Of a stretch of DNA of 64,000 nucleotides, positions 44,191 to 53,461 are shown in pieces. The notes under the pieces are model-generated. The model was not told the origin of the DNA. It did not search any database and worked only from the letters and a program-made list of their open reading frames with translations. Source of the stretch: a virus (lineage: Duplodnaviria > Caudoviricetes). The DNA is taken from IMG/VR virus record IMGVR_UViG_3300028549_001457, positions 160,001 to 224,000 of that record; one strand, 5' to 3'. How positions within the stretch are numbered: position 1 is the stretch's first letter; every line of letters starts with the position of its first letter. The position numbers and the translations under genes were made by a program.

Positions 44191-45657
44191 ATGGCTCGTT
44201 TCGCTAAGACGGAAGTCTCTACTGTTAACACTCCTACTACTGTTAACTTGGCTGGAGGGGAAGCTTTTGCTATGTCCCCTAAGCTTGAGTTTGCTTCGGC
44301 GCTGTTGACTTGCTTCACCACGGATACTTATTACAAGTCCGGTGAGGGTCAGGTTAGTCGCATTGCCGATTTGTCCAAGACTGTTGACCCTTTGTTTGCA
44401 GCAAAGGCAGCTATCTTTACTCGTAAGAAGAATGGCCTCCGGTCTGTAAGCCACATTGTGGCCGGGGAACTCTCTCAGCGTGTGGATATCAAGGGCTTGG
44501 AGTGGACTCGTAAGTTCTACGAGCGGGTTGTCAATCGTCCTGATGACATCACCGAGACTCTTGCATATATCAAGTCCACGAGTGGTCAGAACCTCCGTAA
44601 GTTGAGCAACGCTATGAAGAAGGGTTTCGGCGCGGCTCTCGGTAAGTTTGATTCTTATCAGCTTGCCAAGTATCGTGGAGAGGGTAAGGATCTGAATCTG
44701 TATGATGCGGTCAATTTGCTGCACCCTAAGGCTACTGCTGCATTGACCGAGCTGATGACCGGGACTCTTAAGCCAGCCGAAACTTGGGAGACCAAGCTTA
44801 CTCAGGCTGGTCAGAAGGCATCTTCGGATACCGAGAAGGCCGAAATGAAGGGTCAGGCATGGCGTGAGCTTTTGACTGCTAACAAGCTGGGCTTCATGGC
44901 TTGCATCCGCAATCTTCGCAACATTGCGGAACAGGCTCCTGATGTAATGCCTTTGGCTCTGGAGTTCATTACGGACCCTCATCAGGTTAAGAAGTCCCTG
45001 ATGTTCCCCTTCCAGATTTATACTGCTACCGAAGCAATTCGTGGCACTAAGGCTGATACCCGTGAGGTTAAGCTGGCTCTGGAAAAGGCGATGGAGTTGA
45101 GCCTTGTCAATGTTCCCAAGTTTTCAGGTAAGACCCTGATTGCTGTTGATACCAGTGGATCTATGGCTGGTCGCCCCGTTCAGATTGCTGCGTTGTTTGC
45201 GGCTGTGCTGTTTAAGTCTAACGATGCAGACGTTCTGCGTTTTGCTTCGGGCGCTACCTACCTGGACCTCCACCCAGCGGATAGTCTTACCACGCTCACC
45301 GAGAAGATTCACCGCGCTTCCGGGGGTGGGACCGATTTCCACAGTATCTTCGAAACTGCTAATAAGGTCTATGACCGAATTATCATCCTTTCGGACATGC
45401 AAGCTTGGGTAACTCGTCAGGTTAGTTCTTATTGCGCTGGGACCCCTCATGCCGCACATAAGGCTTACAAGCAGAAATTTGGAGCGGATCCTCGGATCTT
45501 CTCTTTCGATCTGACGGGTCAGGGGACCCTCCAGTTCCCCGAGAGCAAGGTTTTCGCTTTGGCGGGTTTTAGTGACGCCGTTTTGAAGACCATGCAGAAC
45601 CTCGAAATGGACCCTAATGCCCTCGTGCATGAAATCGAGTCTATTAGCTTGACCTGA
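44191..45657 (+). CDS. rsr: Ro60/Rsr RNA-binding protein (TROVE plus vWA domains)
   Basis: NLAGGEAF, DPLFAAKAAIFTR...LRSVSH, YQLAKY, TWET, IRNLRN, PF; DTSGSM, GGGTDF, IILSDMQ. Confidence 0.9.
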   Translation: MARFAKTEVSTVNTPTTVNLAGGEAFAMSPKLEFASALLTCFTTDTYYKSGEGQVSRIADLSKTVDPLFAAKAAIFTRKKNGLRSVSHIVAGELSQRVDIKGLEWTRKFYERVVNRPDDITETLAYIKSTSGQNLRKLSNAMKKGFGAALGKFDSYQLAKYRGEGKDLNLYDAVNLLHPKATAALTELMTGTLKPAETWETKLTQAGQKASSDTEKAEMKGQAWRELLTANKLGFMACIRNLRNIAEQAPDVMPLALEFITDPHQVKKSLMFPFQIYTATEAIRGTKADTREVKLALEKAMELSLVNVPKFSGKTLIAVDTSGSMAGRPVQIAALFAAVLFKSNDADVLRFASGATYLDLHPADSLTTLTEKIHRASGGGTDFHSIFETANKVYDRIIILSDMQAWVTRQVSSYCAGTPHAAHKAYKQKFGADPRIFSFDLTGQGTLQFPESKVFALAGFSDAVLKTMQNLEMDPNALVHEIESISLT

Positions 45658-45674
45658 CAACTCAGGTCATTCCC

Positions 45675-45703
45675 AAAAAGCCCCTTTCATCGGGGGCTTT
45701 TTT
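45675..45703 (+). terminator. intrinsic terminator
   Basis: aaaaagcccc-tttcatc-gggggcttttt. Confidence 0.8.
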
Positions 45704-45761
45704 ATTGCTTTTATTTAGAGGGGTTCTTATCTAACGATACTTAAATACATGAGACCTAAAT

Positions 45762-46253
45762 ATGCTTCTTAAATGGTTTTTCCTCTTGCACATAGTATTT
45801 CTACTCCCTATGTATAGCCAAGAGCTAACTGATCCCGAGGCCAAGGTCGCGGCAGTTAGTATCATATCTACCTTTACAACATGGCCCACGTATAAATGTG
45901 GGGAGCTTAGGGTTGGTTTTGTAGGGTCACCCTCTAAGTATTTTATGGATGCAATTGGTTCTAGATCTAAAAAGTATCCCGTAAAGTGGATACCGCTTCG
46001 ATGGAGTGAGGTTGATGCTGCAAAAATTGATGTTTTATATGTTTGTGATGATATTTTCTTTCCACAGGTAGTTCCACCGGGTGTCTTAACTATTTCGGAT
46101 GCACCCCTGTTTGCTGAACGTGGGGGTATGGTTCATATTTTTCTAAACGAACATCAACACCTTAGGTTATCTATTAATCTACGAGTAGTCTTAAAGAGTG
46201 GGCTTAAAATTGACTCAAAAGTCCTTAAACTGGCTAAAATTGTTGAGATATAA
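45762..46253 (+). CDS. YfiR family (DUF4154) periplasmic regulator
   Basis: signal peptide; FTTWP, VLTISD...FAERGGMV.I...INL......GLKIDSKVLKLA. Confidence 0.8.
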   Translation: MLLKWFFLLHIVFLLPMYSQELTDPEAKVAAVSIISTFTTWPTYKCGELRVGFVGSPSKYFMDAIGSRSKKYPVKWIPLRWSEVDAAKIDVLYVCDDIFFPQVVPPGVLTISDAPLFAERGGMVHIFLNEHQHLRLSINLRVVLKSGLKIDSKVLKLAKIVEI

Positions 46254-46258
46254 CCTAT

Positions 46259-47740
46259 ATGGCAATTAAGATTAGAAGTATCAAATATCAAGTTACTGCT
46301 GCGGTGGCTACGTCAGCTATTGCCTCAGCCTGCGTAACTCTCCTGTCATTTTATGGGTATACCTATTATACGGTTCGAAAGAATCTAATCCAAGATACCC
46401 AGTCTCAAGCCTCCGTTACAGTTAAAAACTTAGAGGCCTCGCTTATCTTTAACGATACTAAAGATGCCACGGACACACTATCCGCACTAAGTGAAAACCC
46501 AAGTATAAAGAGAGCTATTATTTATAAGAATGGGGCCGTATTTGCTAAGTTCCCTGAAGATCTTCATGTTCAGGATGGCCTCATAAACCACAAACCATAC
46601 TATTTTGACAAACACCTTGAAACTTGCACAAGTATACGTTTAGGTGAACGAGATAAAGCTGAACTACATCTTTCAGTATCCCTAGATACACTTAATTCAC
46701 GCCTAAACCTAGCGATGTTAACCCTGTTAAGTTTATCCGTAGTCTCCACTTTTATAGCTAGCTATTTGGCATACAGAGCTGCTAAAGCTATGATCACACC
46801 TATTCTTGTTTTAGCGGAGACTGCAAACTACGTTAAAACTACACAAGATTATAGTATTAGAGTTCCTGAGTCCAGGCACTCCCACGAAGTTACCCTTCTT
46901 GAGGTATCTTGCAATAATCTATTTGAAGAACTCCAAAGAAGAGAGACACATATTTCTAGTCAAAGAGGTCTTCTAGAGACGCTTGTGCAAGAGAGGACCG
47001 TTGAGTTAGAAGCTGCCAAACTAAAAGCTGAATTTGCGTCTAAAACTAAGTCATCCTTCCTTGCAAATATGAGTCATGAACTAAGAACCCCATTAACATC
47101 TATTATGATGTATTCTGAAATTGTTAAAGAAGACCTTGAATCTGGTAGTATTACACAGTCAAGTATTAAGGACGTAGATAAGGTCATTGCAGCTAGTGAG
47201 CACCTGCTTAGTCTAATTGATGATATTTTAGATCTAGCTAAAGTGGAGACAGGTAAGTTTGAACTTTACCTTGAAGATACCACCTTAGGGGATCTTCTGG
47301 AAGAAGTTACGAGTCAGGCTACTGTTTTAATGGAAGTAAATGATAACACGTTTACAGTTCATAATAACGCAACACCAAATTTGAGTTTATATACAGATGG
47401 TAAGCGAGTTAAGCAAATACTGTTAAATTTATTAAGCAATGCTGCAAAGTTTACTCATTCTGGATCAGTATCGCTGGTAATCCAAGATGTTGATAGTTCA
47501 ATACTCTTTACAGTATTGGATACAGGGATAGGGATGAGTGAAGAACAAGCTATACGTGTATGGGGTGAATTTGAGCAGGCTGACCAAGCTACTTCAAAGA
47601 AATTTGGGGGGACTGGGTTAGGGCTCTCTTTAACTAAAAAATTCACAGAAATGCTTGGTGGATCCATTGTTTTACAATCTACTTTAACGGTAGGCTCCTC
47701 GTTTACCGTGGCGCTCCCTCTCAGGAGTGCTTATGTGTAA
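46259..47740 (+). CDS. membrane sensor histidine kinase (periplasmic sensor, HAMP, HisKA, HATPase)
   Basis: two TM helices; FLANMSHELRTPL, QILLNLLSNAAKFT, DTGIG, GGTGLGL. Confidence 0.95.
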   Translation: MAIKIRSIKYQVTAAVATSAIASACVTLLSFYGYTYYTVRKNLIQDTQSQASVTVKNLEASLIFNDTKDATDTLSALSENPSIKRAIIYKNGAVFAKFPEDLHVQDGLINHKPYYFDKHLETCTSIRLGERDKAELHLSVSLDTLNSRLNLAMLTLLSLSVVSTFIASYLAYRAAKAMITPILVLAETANYVKTTQDYSIRVPESRHSHEVTLLEVSCNNLFEELQRRETHISSQRGLLETLVQERTVELEAAKLKAEFASKTKSSFLANMSHELRTPLTSIMMYSEIVKEDLESGSITQSSIKDVDKVIAASEHLLSLIDDILDLAKVETGKFELYLEDTTLGDLLEEVTSQATVLMEVNDNTFTVHNNATPNLSLYTDGKRVKQILLNLLSNAAKFTHSGSVSLVIQDVDSSILFTVLDTGIGMSEEQAIRVWGEFEQADQATSKKFGGTGLGLSLTKKFTEMLGGSIVLQSTLTVGSSFTVALPLRSAYV

Positions 47741-48089
47741 TGTATTACTAGTTGAAGATAACGCGGTTAATACCGAGTGTTTTGAGCGGGTGTTAACGCA
47801 AGATGGGCATAAAGTTCAATCAGCTCAATCTGGTGAAGAGGCGCTAGATAAATTTGTTAGGGACACGTTTGATTTAATCCTAATGGATATTGGGCTCCCT
47901 GGGATTGATGGCTTTGAGACTACACAACGAATAAGATCTATGGGGTTTTTAGGTCCAGTGATAGCAATAACTGCATATACTTCGAATGAAGTTAGAGCTA
48001 AAGCCACCCATGTAGGGTGTACATGTTTCAGATCTAAACCGATTTCCCTCAAGGATCTCCGGGCAATCGTTAAGAATTACTTTCAATGA
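47727..48089 (+). CDS. single-domain CheY-like response regulator
   Basis: VLLVEDN, DLILMDIGLPGIDG, IAITA, KP. Confidence 0.9.
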   Translation: MLMCNVLLVEDNAVNTECFERVLTQDGHKVQSAQSGEEALDKFVRDTFDLILMDIGLPGIDGFETTQRIRSMGFLGPVIAITAYTSNEVRAKATHVGCTCFRSKPISLKDLRAIVKNYFQ

Positions 48090-48116
48090 AGCTTGTCTTT
48101 TTGAAGAGGTCCTACC

Positions 48117-49751
48117 TTGGCTACAAATGAGAATGCGCTCTCGTCCCCATCTGGTTTGATTGCTTTTACAGTCCACCAGCCAATTCCATCTGGGTATCTA
48201 AATTCTGTAAATACATGTATTACTACATTAGATACGGCGAAGCATAATCGTGGGACCGCTTTATTGGCTGCGGATGAACTTCACTATGGTAAATTCACGG
48301 CAACGGATTCATTTTCAGTATCACATCCAACATCTACCTCTACCGTTATTATTAATAGTATAGCTGGGCAGGTATCTTCGTTAGACTTAACAAAAGATGG
48401 TGCTGTCCGTGGGGCTATTCAAGTTGATTCATTAGGGGACTCCACTAACTGGGCTTCCTATGCTGCATTTACGGGGTCTTTTATTGATTTCCCTATCTCA
48501 GTGGCTAACACTTCCGGAGGGGCCATCACTTTAGTTAGACCCCTAAGTGGGTCATCCGCCTCTTTTACGGGCAACCTAGCAGCAGGCTCATTTGATGCCG
48601 CCACGCTGAATCTAGGGACATCTTTAGCTTCAACCATTAATATGGGGACTGCCGCAGGTACCCAGATTATCAATATAGGCACTGGTTCTGGCGTTACCTC
48701 CATTAACCTTGGGGGTGCCGGGGATACTGTCAACGTGGCGGGGACTCTAACCTACATCAATACCACTAACTTAACGGTTACAGATAAACTAATAACCCTC
48801 AATAAGGGTGGCTTGGTATCATCTGGGGACGCCTGTGGCCTTGAAGTTGAAGAGAATAACTTACCAGAGGGTTTCTTAAAAGTAGGGAATGTAAGGAATT
48901 CGTGGCTTCTTAAAGCTCCTGGGAGACCTGGGACGTTCTCGTTTACTCCTGGGGACTCTGCATTTAACTCAGAAATACGTTCGACAGCAACCGCTGCAAG
49001 ATCTTTTACGTTGCCAGATACATCCGGAACTCTTGCTCTTACGTCTGATATTGCTTCTGCGGTGGGTGGTTTGTCTCTGAATGGTATTAATGACGTCACT
49101 ATAGCCTCCCCTGCCACGGGTGAACTACTGATGAAGAGTTCTGGTGATTGGGTTAATGCTAATATATCCGAGATTCCACTTACAGGATACTCAGTAGGGT
49201 CGAACACCCTCCTGGCAGCTACAGATACCTTTGGGTCAGCTTTTGGTAAACTCCAGGGGCAGATAACGGCCCGTATGACATCCGTATCCGTAACCGCCCC
49301 CCTTGTTAGGAGTGTGTCTGCGGGAGAGGCTGCGGGAGGTTCATATCTAACCTACAGTTTATCTATGCCTGCTGCAACCGTGGCAGGTGCTGGGCATATG
49401 ACAGCAACCCAAGTAACTGATTTGTCTAACTGTGTGTCTAAACTGGCAGGTATTTCCGCTGGGGCCTCGGTTTCAACGGTTACTGGGACCGCTCCTATCT
49501 CAGTTGTAAACAATACAACTACCCCAGCTATCTCGATTGCCAAGGCAACATCAACCACTGCCGGGTATTTATCCGCTGCTGACTGGAACACGTTTAATAA
49601 CAAACAAAATGCATTAGGTGGCAACTCATATGTCCCCATTGATGCAAATAGTCGTGCGGATCTTCCTGCCAATGGTTTAAGATTTGGTGTAGCGGGATCT
49701 TATTACAGTCTTAACATTGTAAATGGTATCTTAATTCAGACAGCCCTTTAA
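48117..49751 (+). CDS. tail fibre-like protein, paralogous segment shared with 9071..11803
   Basis: shared FDAATLNLGT...INIGTGSG...GGAGDTV...DKL.TLNKGG block; similar C-terminus. Confidence 0.65.
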   Translation: MATNENALSSPSGLIAFTVHQPIPSGYLNSVNTCITTLDTAKHNRGTALLAADELHYGKFTATDSFSVSHPTSTSTVIINSIAGQVSSLDLTKDGAVRGAIQVDSLGDSTNWASYAAFTGSFIDFPISVANTSGGAITLVRPLSGSSASFTGNLAAGSFDAATLNLGTSLASTINMGTAAGTQIINIGTGSGVTSINLGGAGDTVNVAGTLTYINTTNLTVTDKLITLNKGGLVSSGDACGLEVEENNLPEGFLKVGNVRNSWLLKAPGRPGTFSFTPGDSAFNSEIRSTATAARSFTLPDTSGTLALTSDIASAVGGLSLNGINDVTIASPATGELLMKSSGDWVNANISEIPLTGYSVGSNTLLAATDTFGSAFGKLQGQITARMTSVSVTAPLVRSVSAGEAAGGSYLTYSLSMPAATVAGAGHMTATQVTDLSNCVSKLAGISAGASVSTVTGTAPISVVNNTTTPAISIAKATSTTAGYLSAADWNTFNNKQNALGGNSYVPIDANSRADLPANGLRFGVAGSYYSLNIVNGILIQTAL

Positions 49752-49771
49752 GGTCTGAGCCATAAGGTCCC

Positions 49772-50422
49772 ATGGATACCCACACCCACAAATTTATATC
49801 AAACTTGGCACTGGATCTAACTTTATTTGAAACAATGGAGTTAGCCCCATCCCCTGTGGTGTGGGAATCCATAAGTGTTGATGAAGACCTGGAAACTGAG
49901 ACTGAGAGAGTTTTTCATTTTCAGGCTCAGGGACATGCCAGCCTGGGGGCTTGGCTTACAAAAGCCTACCTGGGGGTCCCGTCTAAAAGTCTTAAAACAC
50001 CCCCAGATGGTCAGCTAGAGCTGGCCTGGGAGGGGATAGGGAGACTCCTAACATCTTTTACTAGGTCAATTCTAGTTCCAACGGCTGAGCTAGAAGTATC
50101 CATAAATTCGTCAATCACATCAGCCTATTCTGCGAGGAGGCTCGTAGCCTATATTGGATCTGACGCAGATTTGTTAAATAAAATGAGGTTTAGGGTGGCA
50201 TTAAATACCTATATGTATGTGTATTCTATGATGCTTATGTATCGTAATCACCCCACTTTTGCAGATAAAGTCGCATCCCATCGACTTGACAAAATTGCAA
50301 TCCAGACAAAACGTGTAATTGAAGCGTCTTTCCTGAGAGGGGCCGCTTTTGATATACTTGAACAGGCTATGACACTAGCTGGGGCTAGCTTCAATCAACT
50401 TTTACAGCGAACTCAAAAGTGA
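49772..50422 (+). CDS. hypothetical protein
   Basis: 216 aa ORF. Confidence 0.6.
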   Translation: MDTHTHKFISNLALDLTLFETMELAPSPVVWESISVDEDLETETERVFHFQAQGHASLGAWLTKAYLGVPSKSLKTPPDGQLELAWEGIGRLLTSFTRSILVPTAELEVSINSSITSAYSARRLVAYIGSDADLLNKMRFRVALNTYMYVYSMMLMYRNHPTFADKVASHRLDKIAIQTKRVIEASFLRGAAFDILEQAMTLAGASFNQLLQRTQK

Positions 50423-50466
50423 CTTTTAAACTTTTCTTTTAAGAGTGGGGTCTTGAGGGACCCCAC

Positions 50467-50495
50467 TGAATTTTTGACAGATGCATAGCGTATTT
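50467..50495 (+). promoter_or_regulatory. ECF-like promoter TGAATT-N16-CGTATTT
   Basis: recurring motif variant. Confidence 0.5.
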
Positions 50496-50533
50496 AAATT
50501 TACGGCCAAGCGCCACTAACCAAAGGAGGACTC

Positions 50534-51136
50534 GTGCTATTTAGATCTCGCACGACCATCGAGGCTAACCACGCCCAAACCGCACGACAACCAAGGCTGG
50601 GGATTAGGAGGAACCAGCTAATCAAGAAAGCTTTCTCACTTAGAAAGTGGGTCATCAGAAGTTGTTCTACCCTGGGGGTTCTCAGTGTATTGGGGGGAAT
50701 CCTGATGGTAGGTCTGTATATCCATCACCTAAAAGCAGAGAGCCAAAGGCTCCGGGGGCACATTTCATATCTTCAACAGGTAGGGGATGATAATGCAAAA
50801 ATTGCAAACTGGTTCAACAAGGCGTTTTCAAAGACCCGAATTACCGCGTATGTCCCCTATCTAGGTGGAATTAATGGCGGCGGGAAAAATTACGCAAATG
50901 GCGAACCCGTATTACCGCTGGCAGCTTCAAGACAAGCACTTAAAAATGGGTCTGTTGCCATGGGGGACTATGTTATTTTGATTGGGCAAATCAAGGACAA
51001 AAAAGGTCCTTCTATTGAGAACCATTCATTTGACATCCATGTCCCAGATGCTGAAACAGCAGCACTAATTGGAAATAGACCATATTTCTATTCAAAGGTT
51101 GCACCAGGGGGATTCCCAATACATAGAACCCCCTAA
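50534..51136 (+). CDS. membrane-anchored 3D (MltA-like) domain protein
   Basis: TM helix; RITAY, LAAS, IKDKKG...FDIHV...A..IG. Confidence 0.5.
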   Translation: MLFRSRTTIEANHAQTARQPRLGIRRNQLIKKAFSLRKWVIRSCSTLGVLSVLGGILMVGLYIHHLKAESQRLRGHISYLQQVGDDNAKIANWFNKAFSKTRITAYVPYLGGINGGGKNYANGEPVLPLAASRQALKNGSVAMGDYVILIGQIKDKKGPSIENHSFDIHVPDAETAALIGNRPYFYSKVAPGGFPIHRTP

Positions 51137-51137
51137 T

Positions 51138-51167
51138 AAAAATAGGCCGCTCTCGCGGCCTATTTTT
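51138..51167 (+). terminator. intrinsic terminator
   Basis: aaaataggccgc-tctc-gcggcctatttt. Confidence 0.8.
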
Positions 51168-51189
51168 ATTTTTATATAGGGGAACTATT

Positions 51190-52311
51190 GTGGCTAAAAT
51201 ATCTGCAGACCAAGTTGAGTTTAACCAACTGTATAACTCGGTAGGACAGCCTGGAACGGTGTTCGGAACGTCTATGGACCATAGCATTAAGAGTCCATTT
51301 GCTCGTATTAACTCGCTAACTGGAGGCCCCTCTGATGCGTCCTCTGTAGGTGCTTCTTATTCTTTACAGGCTTTCTGCAACAGAAGTTCTTGCTATGCTA
51401 ATGAATATGTCACTGTATCGCTTATCGCAACCAGCAAGGTTGTAGTACCCTTTGACGTAGACTTATCTTCTGATCTAATTATGACTCTAAATGGGGTCCC
51501 TTGGGGGTTCTCATATACTAAATCATGGGTAAACAACAGTGCCACCATACAGTTTAGATCGCCAGATACTGCGGGTCTTTACAAGATTGCTTTTACAACC
51601 GCATTTGAAATACAGACTTCAACTGCGGTTGCAACTATACGAGTCTCATCCTCACTTCTAAATGACTTTGTGTTAACCTCGTTAACTAAACTGTTTCTTG
51701 ATAGTCAGGACGTAACTGTTATTTGTGTTACAGCCCAGAGTCGTGGAACTGGTCTCCCCATAACAACTTTTGGGAATAATTCTTCGTTGACCACAGCCCA
51801 AGTGGTTAACATAGTTCCCCCAGTATCTAATGATATGCAGGTTGTCTCACTTGCAGGCCCTACCCCTCCATCGCTTCCTCTGGTAGACCCCTGGTTCTCT
51901 TTCTCACTTGACGCATCCTGCACAAACTTTGAGGGAATTACCGCTGAAGTGGCCTTTAAGGATGCTTTGGGGGTGCCTCAATGGAGAATGCCTGTCAGTC
52001 TCCCAGCTAATCAGACTTCCATATCCATGACGTTCCCCTTCCCGGATTGGGAGGATCAATATACTTTGCTCCTTGGACTCATTAAGGACGTTGGCTGGGT
52101 AGAAGGCACATTTGAGTTAACGTTTGACCATTCACATGGCCTAGGATTTCCTGTTACAGTATCTAAGTTTAGTGTATCTGCAGCAGACTCATCAAACCAA
52201 CCCATTTCGTTCACTAATTTAGATACAAATACTCCTATTGACGCTCTATTTCCAATTGTATGGGTTCAGGGCTCAACCTACTTAGTGTTCTGGGCTGATG
52301 AGGATATTTAA
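51190..52311 (+). CDS. hypothetical beta-rich protein, probably structural
   Basis: 373 aa S/T/V-rich. Confidence 0.6.
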   Translation: MAKISADQVEFNQLYNSVGQPGTVFGTSMDHSIKSPFARINSLTGGPSDASSVGASYSLQAFCNRSSCYANEYVTVSLIATSKVVVPFDVDLSSDLIMTLNGVPWGFSYTKSWVNNSATIQFRSPDTAGLYKIAFTTAFEIQTSTAVATIRVSSSLLNDFVLTSLTKLFLDSQDVTVICVTAQSRGTGLPITTFGNNSSLTTAQVVNIVPPVSNDMQVVSLAGPTPPSLPLVDPWFSFSLDASCTNFEGITAEVAFKDALGVPQWRMPVSLPANQTSISMTFPFPDWEDQYTLLLGLIKDVGWVEGTFELTFDHSHGLGFPVTVSKFSVSAADSSNQPISFTNLDTNTPIDALFPIVWVQGSTYLVFWADEDI

Positions 52312-53238
52312 ATGGCAACTTATAGATTAGGTGCAAGTATCTCTGGTACCGCTATTCCCTTCATTACTGGAACCGAGTTTCAGTTTGAGTCGAACCATAC
52401 TCTTCAATTGCAAGTAGCCTGCACCCCTACGCACCCTGGGACAATTGGATGGTTCCCAGGGATTACTGCTTCTGGGTATTGTCTTCCGGGGGCAGCGCTA
52501 CCTACCTGCAGTTTGACAATCCTAAATAATAATCTTGAACCTATCCCTAATTTACCCCTCCCAGAAGTTTCTCTTATTGAGGATCCTCTATATGGGCGCT
52601 TTACACTCGGGTATGCCGACACCACGTTGAGAACGCTGTCAGTAGCGTCTCTAGGCTCTGGGGTATACCAAATCACGGGGACTCTTCCACAAGCTCCTAC
52701 ATGGGTTAGACTAAGGGTTACGGTGTATGAGAATACGTTTGAGCTACCTCTCTGGCCAGTGGGTTGCCCGGTATACCTTCTAGAATCTCTGCCAACTTTA
52801 ACGGGTGCTCCCTATAGCTCTGATTCATTTATATCCAACCTTGTATTAACTCCATATTTATCCAAGTTCCCTCACACTCAATCCTGTGTTAAAAGTGCTG
52901 GATGCACCCCTAGTTTTATGGACTTGAGTGATCCCGTTGACCCAGCTTCATTTTTTATTCAAACGGCGATTCCTAGATCCCGTTATAATGCCATAACCCT
53001 GAAGGAAGGGGGGGCTACAAAGTGCTTCCTGGAGCCAGTGTGGGACCCAGCTACTTCATCGTATGCTCTGTCAGTGCTCTCAGGCCTCCAAGAAACTATT
53101 GGAGACGATACTCTGTCTCTAGGGATAACTGCCTCAGCTCCTATCTTATATATCCAGGGTTCCGCTATATCAAATGCGTTTGATACAACCCCTGATGCTA
53201 CCCATTTGGGTTGGTCTTCGAATATTTTCTTTGGATAA
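52312..53238 (+). CDS. hypothetical beta-rich protein, probably structural
   Basis: 308 aa, abuts previous gene. Confidence 0.6.
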   Translation: MATYRLGASISGTAIPFITGTEFQFESNHTLQLQVACTPTHPGTIGWFPGITASGYCLPGAALPTCSLTILNNNLEPIPNLPLPEVSLIEDPLYGRFTLGYADTTLRTLSVASLGSGVYQITGTLPQAPTWVRLRVTVYENTFELPLWPVGCPVYLLESLPTLTGAPYSSDSFISNLVLTPYLSKFPHTQSCVKSAGCTPSFMDLSDPVDPASFFIQTAIPRSRYNAITLKEGGATKCFLEPVWDPATSSYALSVLSGLQETIGDDTLSLGITASAPILYIQGSAISNAFDTTPDATHLGWSSNIFFG

Positions 53239-53260
53239 TATATAGACTTGGTATATTATA

Positions 53261-53443
53261 ATGAACTCGCAGCGGCAGTTGGTTCACGACCTACGAAATG
53301 CGCTCACTACATCGTCTTTTGCGATAGATTTTTTATTATCCGTGGATTTCTCAGACGCTAAGAATGTTGAACAGGCAATTAAAGCTCTTGATAGGTCTAC
53401 CCAAGAGGCTATTGGGTTAGTTAAAAAATTACGCATTGAATAA
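53261..53443 (+). CDS. stand-alone HisKA-like (H-box) mini protein
   Basis: QLVHDLRNALT resembles kinase H box; two helices only. Confidence 0.5.
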   Translation: MNSQRQLVHDLRNALTTSSFAIDFLLSVDFSDAKNVEQAIKALDRSTQEAIGLVKKLRIE

Positions 53444-53461
53444 TGTTGTGTAATAGTTTTA

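Noticed and set aside
44161-44982. 273 aa antisense ORF opposite Ro60
   Set aside because: Shadow of biased codon usage in the TROVE gene; no RBS or recognisable motif.
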